Below, piece by piece: positions 37,675 to 48,584 of a DNA stretch of 64,000 nucleotides. This stretch comes from Antedon mediterranea (Eukaryota; Animalia; Echinodermata). Each line of letters starts with the position of its first letter. The stretch's first letter is position 1. The stretch covers positions 17,741,045-17,805,044 of the forward strand of contig NC_092680.1 of the NCBI RefSeq assembly GCF_964355755.1, read 5' to 3'. The notes under the pieces were generated by a model that was not told the DNA's origin, did no database searches, and was given only the letters and a program-made list of their open reading frames with translations. A program made the position numbers and the translations under genes.

Positions 37675-40600
37675 TTATTCAGTTGCCTTTACGAGTAGAC
37701 ACAATTTTGCAATAGGACGATTCAAGGTGGAAAATTGAGTTTTTACTGTGCATGATCTAACAAGTCCATTGTTATCCCTTTCAGACTCCACTATCCGCCC
37801 AAGCAACCAACTGTTCCTAGGTAAACTGTTATCCACTACCAGCACAATATCTCCAATTTCCAAGTTGCGTTTAGGATTAAACCACTTCTGACGCTCTTGC
37901 ATCGTAGGCAGATATTCCTTCCTCCATCTCTGCCAAAAAAGATTACTCAAATATTGGACTTGACGCCAATAACGACGAGCATAAATATCACGTTTGTCAA
38001 ATACACCAGGTGGTAATGGCAATTGTTCACGTTGTGTCAACAACATGGCTGGTGTCAATGGTCGAAAATCATTTGGATCGGTTGACAAGGTAGTTATTGG
38101 CCTATTGTTTACAATCATTTCCACTTCGCAAAATAATGTCTGGAGACCCTCATCATCCATTTTCAGGTTCTGTTCTTTAAGTACTCCTTTCATAACCTGG
38201 CGCACAGTTCGTATCATGCGTTCCCAGACGCCACCAAAATGAGACGCTCCAGGAGGGTTGAATTCCCATTCAATGTCTCTTTGCTGCAAGTACATATGTA
38301 TGACTTGAGTGTTCCATTCTGAAATCTCCTTCTTTAACTCTTTGTCGGCTCCCACAAAATTTGTACCATTATCCGATCTAAGTTTCTTGATTTGGCCTCT
38401 TCGGGCAATAAATCTTCTCAAAGTATTGATGAACGAGCTTGTAATTAATGAATATGCCATTTCTAGGTGAATGGCACGGGTAGATAAACATGTGAAAATA
38501 ACACCATATCTCTTCACAAGACTACGACCTAATTTGATTTCAAATGGACCAAATAGATCAATACCCGTATTGTGGAACGGTGGATGATCGCTCACAATTC
38601 TATCTGGTGGCAGTGATGCCATCTTCTGTTCACTAGCTCTAGCTCGGTGCTTCTGACAAACTACACATCTGCTTATAACACTTCTGATCAAGGAACTTGC
38701 TCCAATGATCCAATACCTTTGCCAAAGTTGTGATAAAATAGCACTTCTACCAAGGTGTCCAACCTCTTTGTGTATTTCCACTATGATTAATCTTGCAATA
38801 AGAGAATTCTTGTGTACTACTACTGGATGCTTTATCTTGTCGGGAAGAGACGCCTTGTTCAGTCTTCCTCCCACTGTAATCATTCCATTTAACAACAACG
38901 GATCAAGTTTCTTAAGAGGGCTATTTCTCATCACCCGTCCAATAGATTCGTCATTACCATTCTTAAGTACCTCTAACTCCTGTTTAAAATGAACTCTCTG
39001 TTCGTGTGCAAGAATCATACATTCCGCTGATCTCAGGTGTTGCAACCTAACATTGCCTAGTTGCTTACTGGTGACCCTTTTGCATAGTTTCTCAACAGCA
39101 ACCAGTAACCATGCCACAATTCTTTTAATTTTTCCATAAGATGAATGCTTAGTAATTAGATCATCTAAGAAACAACATGTACAAGCTGGAACTAATACAT
39201 TTGATACCCCTTTGATTTCTGGGTCATCCTCGGCGATAAGAGGTAAGGACTTGGCTTGTAAGTCTATCCACTGCTCACATTTATCTCTGAGGAATTCTGG
39301 TCCGTTACGCCATCTAGTGTTACTTAGAAATTCCTCAATCCGTTGACCTCTCGATGCTTCATCAGCCGGGTTATTACAAGTTCTAACATACCTCCATTCT
39401 GATGCCTTAGATATGTTCAAAATGATAGAAACTCGATTTGCTACAAAGGCTTTGAATCTTCGAGAGGTGTTATGTATATATTTCAAAACGGTTTGGCTAT
39501 CTGTCCAATAGAAAACGTTATCTATACCACTTAACTCTGAAATAATTGTGTTTGCTAACCGTGAAGCCATAACTGCTGCTGTTAATTCTAATCTTGGAAT
39601 TGAAGTGTATTTCAAGGGTGCAACTCTGCTTCTACCCATGACCAGGGACATTTGTACATGACCATCACTTGACTCCTGTCTGATATAAGCTGCCATACCA
39701 TACCCATAGTTGCTTGCATCAGCAAACACATGCAATTGGCGACTAATGACATCTGTTGGTAATTCAGATTTGTAGCACCTCGGTACACTCCACTCATCCA
39801 GTCTCGCCAGGTCTTGCAACCACCGTTTCCATCGTTGCAATGACACATCGTCAATGGGCTCGTCCCATTCAAGACCCTTCCGACAGATATCTTGTAGTAG
39901 AATCTTTGCCGGTAAAACAAAAGGAGCCACTAACCCAAGTGGGTCAAATACAGAGCTAACAATTGACAGCACCCCTCGTCTGGTATGACTTTTATCTGCT
40001 GGTAATATAGTAAATCTAAGAGTGTCAAGTTCTGGAGACCATTGTATACCAAGTGCTCTTCCCGATGGCAGTTTATCTTTCCGTAGGTCTAAACTTTTAA
40101 CCTCCGGTGCGTGATCTTCCTTGGGAATTACATTCAAGACTCTCTTGTCATTGCTCATCCACTTAGTTAAGCGGAATCCACCTTCTTCACAAAGTAATGT
40201 TAGGTCTTTGACTAATGTCAGGGCCTTCTTATGATCTTTCACCGACACTAAACAATCATCAACATAAAAATTGTTTTTCATGGTCTCCGCTGCGTCTGGG
40301 CAATACTTTGATCCCTTGTCTGCTGCAGTGTTAAGTAATGCTTTATTTGCACAAGCTGGTGAAGATGTTGCTCCAAACAAATGTCTTGTCATGCGGTAAG
40401 TTTTAACATCCTCTTCTTCGCTGGGTCGCCAGTAAAATCTTAAAGAATCTCGATCCTCCTCTGGAACCACTACCTGTAAAAACATGCCTTCAATGTCTGC
40501 CATTACTGCTACATGGTCTTCCCGGAACCTCATTAACACACCAATTAGACTATTGGTTAGGTCCGGCCCCTGTAGAAGGACATCGTTCAGAGATACACCG

Positions 40601-43191
40601 TTACATTTTGCCGCACAGTCGAAGACCACTCTGATCTTTCCTGGCTTTCGTTCGTTGGATATAGGATGATGGGGTATGTACCATATCCTTTTCCCTTCGG
40701 GTGTGTTTGACTTAATAACTTCTTCCATGTATCCTTTCTCTACCATTTGATTTACAGCTTTGTTATACATCTTTCTTAATTCAAGATCACGTTCAAATCT
40801 CCTTTCCAATGAATTAAAACGTTTCATAGCCAAACATCTATTATCCGGCAAGACTGTACCCTGGCTTCGCCATGGTAGAGGTAACACATAATGTCCGTCC
40901 ACAAAACTGCTCGCACCATCCATCATTTCCATAAACGATCTGTCTTCCACGGACAATCCTACGAACTCTGTTGCTCTATCTGGGAAATCAATATTAACAG
41001 AATCTTTTACCATGTTGTTAAACTGTTCATATTCTTGAATGGCTTGCAACTGAACTCTGCTTACAGGTTTTATATTAGCTGTCACCCCCTGTCTTACTAT
41101 GCTCCATGGGATCCAGCCCAATGCTGTTTTCGATGCATAAGGTGACCCCGGTGGACCTGTCACCACTTCCAGGGGAGTATATGCCTCGGCGACAGCATTG
41201 CCCAGCATCAAACCAATTTCCCCGTCAACTTCTGGAACAACCACTCGTCCCCGTAGATGATCCCATCTGTTCACATCATCTTGTGTTGGAATATGCTCCT
41301 TAGTGACAGGCAACTTATTCTTTGAATAAATATTTGGTAGTCTAAACTCGTTGTCGCCGTTCAAATTACTAATAACGATATTTGAGATTATATGAGTCTT
41401 TAAAACCTGAGTCGTTCCCATGGTGTCGAGTGTAATCTGCGCCTTTCGTCCTCCAAGTCCCAGTTCATTTCGCAAACGGTCAGTGCAGAATGATACACTG
41501 GACCCTGGATCAAGAAACACATAAGTCGTTACAGCCCGGCCGTTCTTGGGCGACTTTACAATGACAGGAATAATTGCCATAGTGCAGACTCCATCATTGT
41601 CACTACATCCAGCAGAGGGAACTGTAGCGGGCTTCTTTTCTTGTGTTTGCTCTGGCGGAGCTTTATCTTGCTCCTTCTCAACTTTATTTTGTTCTTTCAC
41701 CGGAGCAGGTCTTTCCTGATGGAGGATGGTTGGGTGTTTTCCCTTGCAGGTTCCACATTGCATGCGTTGCCTACATTCTTTGGATCTGTGACCCTGACGT
41801 AAACAGCCAAAACACAACCTTTCGTTTTTAATTATTTCTAACTTCCTTTCGTAGTTAGACTCTATGAACTTCTTACACTTTGCTATCTCATGAGGATTCT
41901 TGCATAGGTTACAGACCTTTGTAGGCAAAGTGGCACATGCTCTCTTTGATGAACTTGTGAACTGCTCCTTGTGAGCGTTGGCTGTCTGGAACATAGGGAT
42001 ATTTGCTTCCTTCGCTTTGGCCTTCAGAAACTCTGAAAACCTTTCCAAACTTGGGAAGGTTGAAGTATCCATTGATGCACTGACTATACTGCGCCACTTG
42101 TTTTCCAGATAGTATGGTAGCTTACTAACTAACTTCATGTTTTCTTGCGGGTAATCAAGAACTCCTAAGTCCGAAATAGTCATTTTTGCGGCAGCCACTT
42201 CGCAAATAAAATCAGAAAATTTCCTCAGAGCCGTATTATCCTTTGCTGATATCTTCGGCCATTCATTTAGTTTGGTTATCAGCGCGGTAGCTACCACTGA
42301 TGGGTGTCCGTATCTTCTTTTAAGTTCATTCTTGGCTTGAACATATGCTTCTTCTGTTTGTAGAAGCAGATAATTTGCAACAAGAGCTTTTGGTTCCCCA
42401 GCTAGATGTTGTGCTAGTAAACTGAGTCTTTCATAATTGGAACATGTCTTTGCTTCTACCAATGAATTAAATGCTGCCAGCCACGTTGGAAACTTGAGTG
42501 GGTCACCATTGAACAGATCTACTCTGATCGGGGGTAATCGTATTGAATCAACCAGTTGTCGGAACGTTGCACTGAGGTCACATTCATTTGCAACCGTCAC
42601 TGGTGCCTCTTGCTTAATTACGTCACTCTGGTGTTCAACTATTGGTATATAATGTTTTATTTTCTCTTTTGGTTTCTGATGAAGTGGCTCTGTACGTTTA
42701 TCAGAAACCTTACCATCATTCTTCTTTTGAGGCCATACTGGTGTTGGCTCTTGTGATTTCTCTGTACTTATACCTTCCAATTGGGAAAAGGAAGTAAACA
42801 ATTCTGTAATTGGTGCTCTTGAATCTTGCGGAGTACTTTGACTTATATCAGGAAGTAATGCTTCTGTGGCATCATCATTAATCGGCTTATCGAGGATGCT
42901 TGTTTGATGCCACCATACATCAGATGCAGGTAAATCACCTACTCCATTTAAATCATTACCTGTATCAAAGGCCTCATAAACTTCAGCTTCTGCTTCTGCT
43001 TCAGCTAGTAATGTCTCCTGCTCAATTCTATTCTTCTTTTGTTTAACTCTTAACTCTTCAGCTTCAGTCTTCTCCATCTCCTGCAGCCTAGCTAATCTTA
43101 CTTTAATAGCTGCTTTCTTGGCTGATGCCCTAACTCTGGCAGACGAAGAAGACGACGAAGATGCCCCACTTATCATAGATGCAGCATCCAT
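37675..43191 (-). CDS. BEL/Pao gag-pol polyprotein, 1838 aa, uninterrupted
   Basis: Gag (FNGDPLKFPTW), three Cys/His knuckles (CNLCKNPHEIAKC, CFGCLRQGHRSKEC, CGTCKGKHPTILH), protease FLDPGS, RT (RVVFDC, ADIEGMF, FYVDD), RNase H (HVFADAS, IPRLEL, WTDS), and integrase (H..H..CVVC, GIDLFGP, SDNGTNF, GVWER), in BEL order PR-RT-RH-IN. Confidence 0.97.
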   Translation of the reverse strand: MDAASMISGASSSSSSSARVRASAKKAAIKVRLARLQEMEKTEAEELRVKQKKNRIEQETLLAEAEAEAEVYEAFDTGNDLNGVGDLPASDVWWHQTSILDKPINDDATEALLPDISQSTPQDSRAPITELFTSFSQLEGISTEKSQEPTPVWPQKKNDGKVSDKRTEPLHQKPKEKIKHYIPIVEHQSDVIKQEAPVTVANECDLSATFRQLVDSIRLPPIRVDLFNGDPLKFPTWLAAFNSLVEAKTCSNYERLSLLAQHLAGEPKALVANYLLLQTEEAYVQAKNELKRRYGHPSVVATALITKLNEWPKISAKDNTALRKFSDFICEVAAAKMTISDLGVLDYPQENMKLVSKLPYYLENKWRSIVSASMDTSTFPSLERFSEFLKAKAKEANIPMFQTANAHKEQFTSSSKRACATLPTKVCNLCKNPHEIAKCKKFIESNYERKLEIIKNERLCFGCLRQGHRSKECRQRMQCGTCKGKHPTILHQERPAPVKEQNKVEKEQDKAPPEQTQEKKPATVPSAGCSDNDGVCTMAIIPVIVKSPKNGRAVTTYVFLDPGSSVSFCTDRLRNELGLGGRKAQITLDTMGTTQVLKTHIISNIVISNLNGDNEFRLPNIYSKNKLPVTKEHIPTQDDVNRWDHLRGRVVVPEVDGEIGLMLGNAVAEAYTPLEVVTGPPGSPYASKTALGWIPWSIVRQGVTANIKPVSRVQLQAIQEYEQFNNMVKDSVNIDFPDRATEFVGLSVEDRSFMEMMDGASSFVDGHYVLPLPWRSQGTVLPDNRCLAMKRFNSLERRFERDLELRKMYNKAVNQMVEKGYMEEVIKSNTPEGKRIWYIPHHPISNERKPGKIRVVFDCAAKCNGVSLNDVLLQGPDLTNSLIGVLMRFREDHVAVMADIEGMFLQVVVPEEDRDSLRFYWRPSEEEDVKTYRMTRHLFGATSSPACANKALLNTAADKGSKYCPDAAETMKNNFYVDDCLVSVKDHKKALTLVKDLTLLCEEGGFRLTKWMSNDKRVLNVIPKEDHAPEVKSLDLRKDKLPSGRALGIQWSPELDTLRFTILPADKSHTRRGVLSIVSSVFDPLGLVAPFVLPAKILLQDICRKGLEWDEPIDDVSLQRWKRWLQDLARLDEWSVPRCYKSELPTDVISRQLHVFADASNYGYGMAAYIRQESSDGHVQMSLVMGRSRVAPLKYTSIPRLELTAAVMASRLANTIISELSGIDNVFYWTDSQTVLKYIHNTSRRFKAFVANRVSIILNISKASEWRYVRTCNNPADEASRGQRIEEFLSNTRWRNGPEFLRDKCEQWIDLQAKSLPLIAEDDPEIKGVSNVLVPACTCCFLDDLITKHSSYGKIKRIVAWLLVAVEKLCKRVTSKQLGNVRLQHLRSAECMILAHEQRVHFKQELEVLKNGNDESIGRVMRNSPLKKLDPLLLNGMITVGGRLNKASLPDKIKHPVVVHKNSLIARLIIVEIHKEVGHLGRSAILSQLWQRYWIIGASSLIRSVISRCVVCQKHRARASEQKMASLPPDRIVSDHPPFHNTGIDLFGPFEIKLGRSLVKRYGVIFTCLSTRAIHLEMAYSLITSSFINTLRRFIARRGQIKKLRSDNGTNFVGADKELKKEISEWNTQVIHMYLQQRDIEWEFNPPGASHFGGVWERMIRTVRQVMKGVLKEQNLKMDDEGLQTLFCEVEMIVNNRPITTLSTDPNDFRPLTPAMLLTQREQLPLPPGVFDKRDIYARRYWRQVQYLSNLFWQRWRKEYLPTMQERQKWFNPKRNLEIGDIVLVVDNSLPRNSWLLGRIVESERDNNGLVRSCTVKTQFSTLNRPIAKLCLLVKATE

Positions 43192-43221
43192 CTTAAAGTG
43201 TCAGGAAAACTTCGTGAATGA

Positions 43222-43921
43222 TGTAGAGTTCGTAATTTCTTAAAACTATAGAGCGCCACCAACGGAATCAATCGCAAGTATGATACAAACAAACAGGACA
43301 AACTTGGTTGAGAGAAACAAAATATAACTTTAATCCTGATTATCTTGCTCTTAACATGCATACAATATCGCTGTCACTTCGTATCTCGAGGGAGGGATTC
43401 ACTAAATATGAGAAAACAATAATTAAACATCAATCAATGAAAATTTGGGCAGCACCCGTGCTTTAGCAACATCAACAAATTAATAATTCTAAGTCCTTAT
43501 CAATACAATATACATTAAGTATAGCAATTTCCTTATAGTATTATTATTCAAACAACATACAATAATCAAATAGACCCGTCACAACTAGGCCCTAATCTCT
43601 GCACTAGCAAAACACAGTACTGTAAACAACAGTAACACGCCGTCGTAGGCTGTAAATTAGGGCTATTAGCTAGGCTTACAAAATTCAACTAATAACATTA
43701 ACATTCAATAACAAGATAATATAATTATAACTCCAAAGCTCACCGAAGTTTTGTGGCTCAATAGAAAACCTTTACGAATCTACAATTTCTAAATAATATC
43801 TTTAACAAACTTGACTAAAGGGCAAGGCACAACCACGCTGCATACATGAAGGCCGCCATGATACTTCTCCAAGACAACCAGCCTAGCGCCCTCACTAGCT
43901 CAGTTCAATGGGAACGCTATA
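43222..43921 (-). repeat. 5' LTR of the BEL/Pao element
   Basis: On the element's sense strand it begins TATAGCG and ends CTCTACA. It contains a candidate Inr TTAGTC (~43816) and an ATTAAA poly(A) signal (~43328-43333). Confidence 0.95.
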
Positions 43922-44065
43922 GTAACACTACAGTACAACCTCTCCGTGCTTTGCTTTGTGCTCGACCTGACCCGACATAATATAGTTGAATTTTACGCAT
44001 TACAATTGTGACTAAATTATTCTACGGATTTTCTATAAATCAACCAAAAGCGTTTCGGTTTGGTG

Positions 44066-44445
44066 AATCGTTGATTAATAATACCCCTTTAATATCACCG
44101 AACACACGCAACAGGCCTACAAAACGCTGGTGTTGAAAAGCCGATGTTCAATCGTTGATTAATAATACCCCTTTAATATAAACGAACACACGCAATAGGC
44201 CTACAAAACGCTGGTGTTGAAAAGCCGATGTTCAATCGTTGATTAATAATACCCCTTTAATATAAACGAACACACGCAATAGGCCTACAAAACGCTGGTG
44301 TTGAAAAGCCGGTGTTCAATCGTTGATTAATAATACAACTTTGACAGCGCCAGCACACACCATACAAAACGGCGGTGTTGAAACGGTGGTGTTGAAACGC
44401 CGGTGTTGAAACGCCGGTTTTAAAACACCGGTGTTGAAACGGCTA
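44066..44445. repeat. 84-bp tandem repeat (~3 copies) followed by ~14-bp cggtgttgaaacgc repeats
   Basis: aatcgttgattaataata starts at 44066, 44150, 44234 and 44318. Confidence 0.9.
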
Positions 44446-44657
44446 TAATATAAACCTGCTAAAATAAAGGATTCAAACCATGTGAATAATGTTGAATACA
44501 TTTGGAATAATCTATAGCTACTGTATATGCTTATGTACAGTCCTAAACACACTTTGATTTTTGAACATTTTAGGCTGGTACCTTATCTTAACGCACCAAA
44601 ATGCCAAAAACGTTTCTTTAATTTCCTGCATGTCGATCTTTTTAGATAGCAACTTTT

Positions 44658-47190
44658 TTAGCCAATCGTGTGTTGACATACAACTTCAGTTGAAGTAACT
44701 AGAAAAAAATCAAAACCTTTCTGATATTCTAGTGAATTGTGATCAGTAGCCGTACTTAATCTACATTCGTTTGATAATGTATTAAACGAAAAGGAAACGC
44801 ATTGGTCCACTTGAATACATTCCAGAGAACAAGTGCCGTAGCTCAAAGCCATAACAACAGTGATTATATAACCGGTGGTCGGTGATTTATCCTCTGCAGA
44901 AATCAAAAACTTGTTATACACAAACGTGTAAGCTGAAAAAACAATATTATAACTGTAAAACATTTTCGATGAAGTTCTGAAAATGTTAATGATCTGCAAG
45001 AAGGAAGACGATAACAATTAAATTAATAACAACGATGATGAAGATGAAAATGAAGTCAATGCAAATGATGATGACAATGAAGTTAATAACAACGATGATG
45101 AAGATGACAATGAAGTCAATGCAAAGATTACAATGAAGTTAATAATAACGATGATGATGAAAATGAAGTCAATGCAAAAATGATGATGACAATAAGGTTA
45201 ATAACAACGATGACGATGAAGTCAATGCAATGATGATGACGATTAACAATTTTAATGAACCGAATAGATATCAGGCAAAGATAAAAGAAGAAAAAAGAAT
45301 ACAATATTACATATTTCTATCAACAAGATAGATTACATGGAATGTTATTAATGATGATTAAGATAATCATGTGATTATGCTGTTTTTATTAGGCTTCCGA
45401 TTTTCTACTCTCGGCCTAGATAAAAAAATAGCTTAGGCCTACGTACCTGTTACTCTGTATCCGAGAAGTTCAAATCGCATAGATTTGTAAGCATGGTCGC
45501 TAGATGGGTAGACACGAATGAATTTAGCACAGATAGAAGTGCTAAACATATTTGTTACGACGGTGTCACGATCCGAGTTTCCTGTGAACTATTATTTAAA
45601 AGTAATAATATTAAAGGATTCAGGAATTATATAGGAACATTATCCTTATAAAGCTCTGTTTACACTATCAAACTTTATCTGACACAAAAATGTGTGATGT
45701 GCCCAAATAATGATATGCCCATATGGTAGTGATATGTCATCTTCCTTTCCATATATGGGCACATCACATTTGTTTTGTCACATGAAGTTTGATAGTGTAG
45801 ACAGAGCTTTAGGCTAGTCTATAGATTGTAATTAACATTTTTTCGCAACTTTATAATTTCCATTTTGAATTCAATGTTAAATCATGTATATACAGTCGTT
45901 TTTTATAGTAAAAACTAAACGTTTCTGAGACTGTCCATAAGGGCAACGCAATTTACCAATCATAGTGAATCATCCGAACTTTTGATTATGATTGGTCAAC
46001 TTCAAGTTAAAATATATTCTGGCGCCAAAAGTTACAAGGCCTACATGAGTATCTTACTTCAACTTGTCCGTTGGCATTGGTTATTGTTTCAAACGTTATA
46101 GCATCATTGCTGTAATGAACCTCAAATGACGTAACCCACTGGTCAATTCCATTTCTACCTTGTGTCATAATGCCATTCACTTTCTTTAAGCCATCCAAGT
46201 CAACTTGAATCCATGGATTACTGTCACCATTGGCATGCGCCCAGGCACCACCTGAACCTCCATTTACTTTTTCTAGGTTAAGTCTACCGAATTCTGCCCC
46301 CACGTTCGAACCATATTTACTTGATGCTGTTAATTTGTCTGAATCAATACTGCCATCCATAATTCCAAGAAGCTCAAACTCTGTATAAAACAAAAACAGG
46401 ATAATTTCTGTTTTTGAGGTGATTTGATTTCATTAGCGATCGAATGTCAATCTATATTATATTCTATATAATTGTCAATCTTCAAGAAGAATTTCTGTTG
46501 TTATTTTATGATGAAGATGGACAAATAAAGCATTTCAGTATTCAGTATACACGAGCGGTATCACGTCCTGCAGTATCGGTAAACATCCTGCAGTAACGCG
46601 TCTTCCGATAGCAACCTTCATCCCATGTGGGATACTGTAGGATATTATTTATTAATATTAGGTTAGTTAATAATAAGAGTTAGATCAGTCTTCTTTAAAG
46701 ACTTTAACTGAATAATCAGACAGGAATGTAAATAACAAGTGGAGAGGAACCTCATCGATGTCAGAATTAAATGGAGCAGCTCTGAATAGGAGATTTTAGA
46801 ATACTTATGTGTCTATGTTCAGTTTGTTTTTATGTTAGAAGGTTTACAAAGCCTCATCTTAAGCTACATTCATATTGCTCCGATTCACGGAAAAGAAAAC
46901 GGCGCCGTATAGGTTTCTCTATTATTGAAAAAACGACTCCGATTTCCGTTCCGTGAAACGGAAAAAGGCGTAATGTAGCTTTATTCGTTGAGTATTAAGA
47001 GCTTCAATGCGTATTCCAGGCTGAAATACTGTAAGAATATCACGTCTTCTAAACTACCAGGTAAAATTAGCATTTCTAGATCAATCATTCATTCTACCTA
47101 CTTTAATAAATATTTTATATAATACTTACCGGTAGAAGATGACCCCAGCAAACACAGTGCAAATAGCATTAATGTTTTAAACAGTTCCAT
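44658..47190 (-). CDS. Secreted discoidin (F5/8 type C) plus PAN/Apple domain protein, ~253 aa
   Basis: Exons 47130-47190 (signal peptide MELFKTLMLFALCLLGSSST), 46058-46380 (LTASS..GRLN..GAW..WIQVDL..GIMTQGR..QWVTSFEVHYS), 45447-45588 (FTGNSDRDTVV..FIRVYP..SMRFELLG) and 44658-44893 (CSLECIQVDQCVSFSFN..CRLS). All are GT-AG with matching phases. The end of the last exon is less certain. Confidence 0.85.
45020..45247. repeat. Low-complexity (GAT/AAT) tandem repeat, ~55-60 bp unit, in an intron
   Basis: ttaataacaacgatgatgaagatgacaatgaagtcaatgcaaa repeated about 4 times. Confidence 0.8.
45651..45809. mobile_element. AAGCTC-family MITE, complete, TA-flanked
   Basis: ta-aagctctgtttacactatcaaactt ... 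aagtttgatagtgtagacagagctt-ta. Confidence 0.85.
46861..46982. mobile_element. Short palindromic MITE-like element
   Basis: aagctacatt..tcacggaa pairs with ttccgtga..aatgtagctt. Confidence 0.55.
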
Positions 47191-48538
47191 TTTAGTACAC
47201 CAGTGACGTTTATTATCCATACATTGTTACACTATAAATACTGTAGGCTATACTGTGTAAATTATTTATCTCTAATTGTAGCTAGTGTAACCTAATTATC
47301 ATAATTATTGATTTCATATTGATTATAGGTATATTGATAAATCAATGACCCGAAGGTTTAACCCTGAAACAGACATAATGATAGTTGAGACGCATGACAA
47401 ACCTGAGACTTGCACAAATACTGTAGTTACAGTATTGTCTTTAGTCCACCGAGCAGTCGGCGCGCGGCGTGCACGCCGCGGCCCTTTGATTGCCTTATGA
47501 AACGCCAAAAGGCCACACATATTTATATTACCTTTTTACCAATAATAAGTTGAAATGAATTAAGTTCAGAGCTTAAGTCATAGACAATGTAAACCTAAGA
47601 AGGTAGAAGCTCATTTTAGCGTATATAGAATTATACCTTCTTTTATAATAGCCAATATCGATTATTTTCAATTTCTATACTATTCGGTTTTATTGTAGCC
47701 CTACCAAACATTAACAACATTCATAACAATTGGGCATTTTATCTGTAAATTTATTTTAATTATTTGCGTAAATGTTTGTAACGCCAATGATAGACCTGAA
47801 TTTGTCGATCCATGTCTTGTTTTCCTACATGGTCCAATGATTAGACCGTATAATGGTTAAACACTACCAAATCGAACTATACAAATAGGCCTACAGTACT
47901 TTAATGTATAGCAAGTTATGCAACCCACAATCTTAAATTTCAAATTGTTAACGTTTTGTTGCAATAATACAAACTAATAGTTAGGCTACTTGATTTATCT
48001 GTTTCTGAGGTCGATATCCTCCTATAAGTGCCAGACTAAAAGTAATCGATAATGTACATTTCGTATTTAAAATAACGACAAATTTATGTGAAAAATAGTA
48101 ATCATCATTAAGCAAGATATTCAGATCAATCAATTGTCACCAGAGGCCATACATCACTTTGCCTAACAAGTAACAAAAACGTCTTTACCATTACTCGCGT
48201 GTGTTACGCGTGTAGACCGATTTCACAACGTAACAAAATATTGTGTCAAGAATATTAGGATTCAATTTTTACTCGAAAATAAACGCTAGTTTATAGTATC
48301 TGTTTGTTTTCTATATCGAATAAAGAGATATGTTTGATTGGAGGCTCAAGACCACGTGATGACAGTCATTCCAAATCCGACTGCAAAGACATTTAGGCCT
48401 ACACACGTCCAGAAATAAAGCACTTGTCAGCGTTTAAATAGCCCAATCCATTATGTTATAAGATGATAACGAAAATTGCCTCCCAGCTTATGTAGTTACT
48501 ATCGCCAGCAACGATATCTAAGAATTTAAAACTAATTT

Positions 48539-48584
48539 CTATCTCTATTTAAAACTAAGATATCTTAGTTTTAAATAGAGATAG
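48539..48584. repeat. Perfect 46-bp palindrome with no loop
   Basis: ctatctctatttaaaactaagat|atcttagttttaaatagagatag. Confidence 0.9.

Larger units (their letters stand above)
36756..43921 (-). mobile_element. Full-length BEL/Pao LTR retrotransposon
   Basis: Two 700-bp direct repeats, TSD GTAAC (36751-36755 and 43922-43926), a single gag-pol ORF, and PPT-like aaggggccgg next to the 3' LTR. Confidence 0.97.

Noticed and set aside
37994-42756. Plus-strand ORFs within the retrotransposon
   Set aside because: Antisense shadows of the gag-pol ORF with no recognisable motifs.
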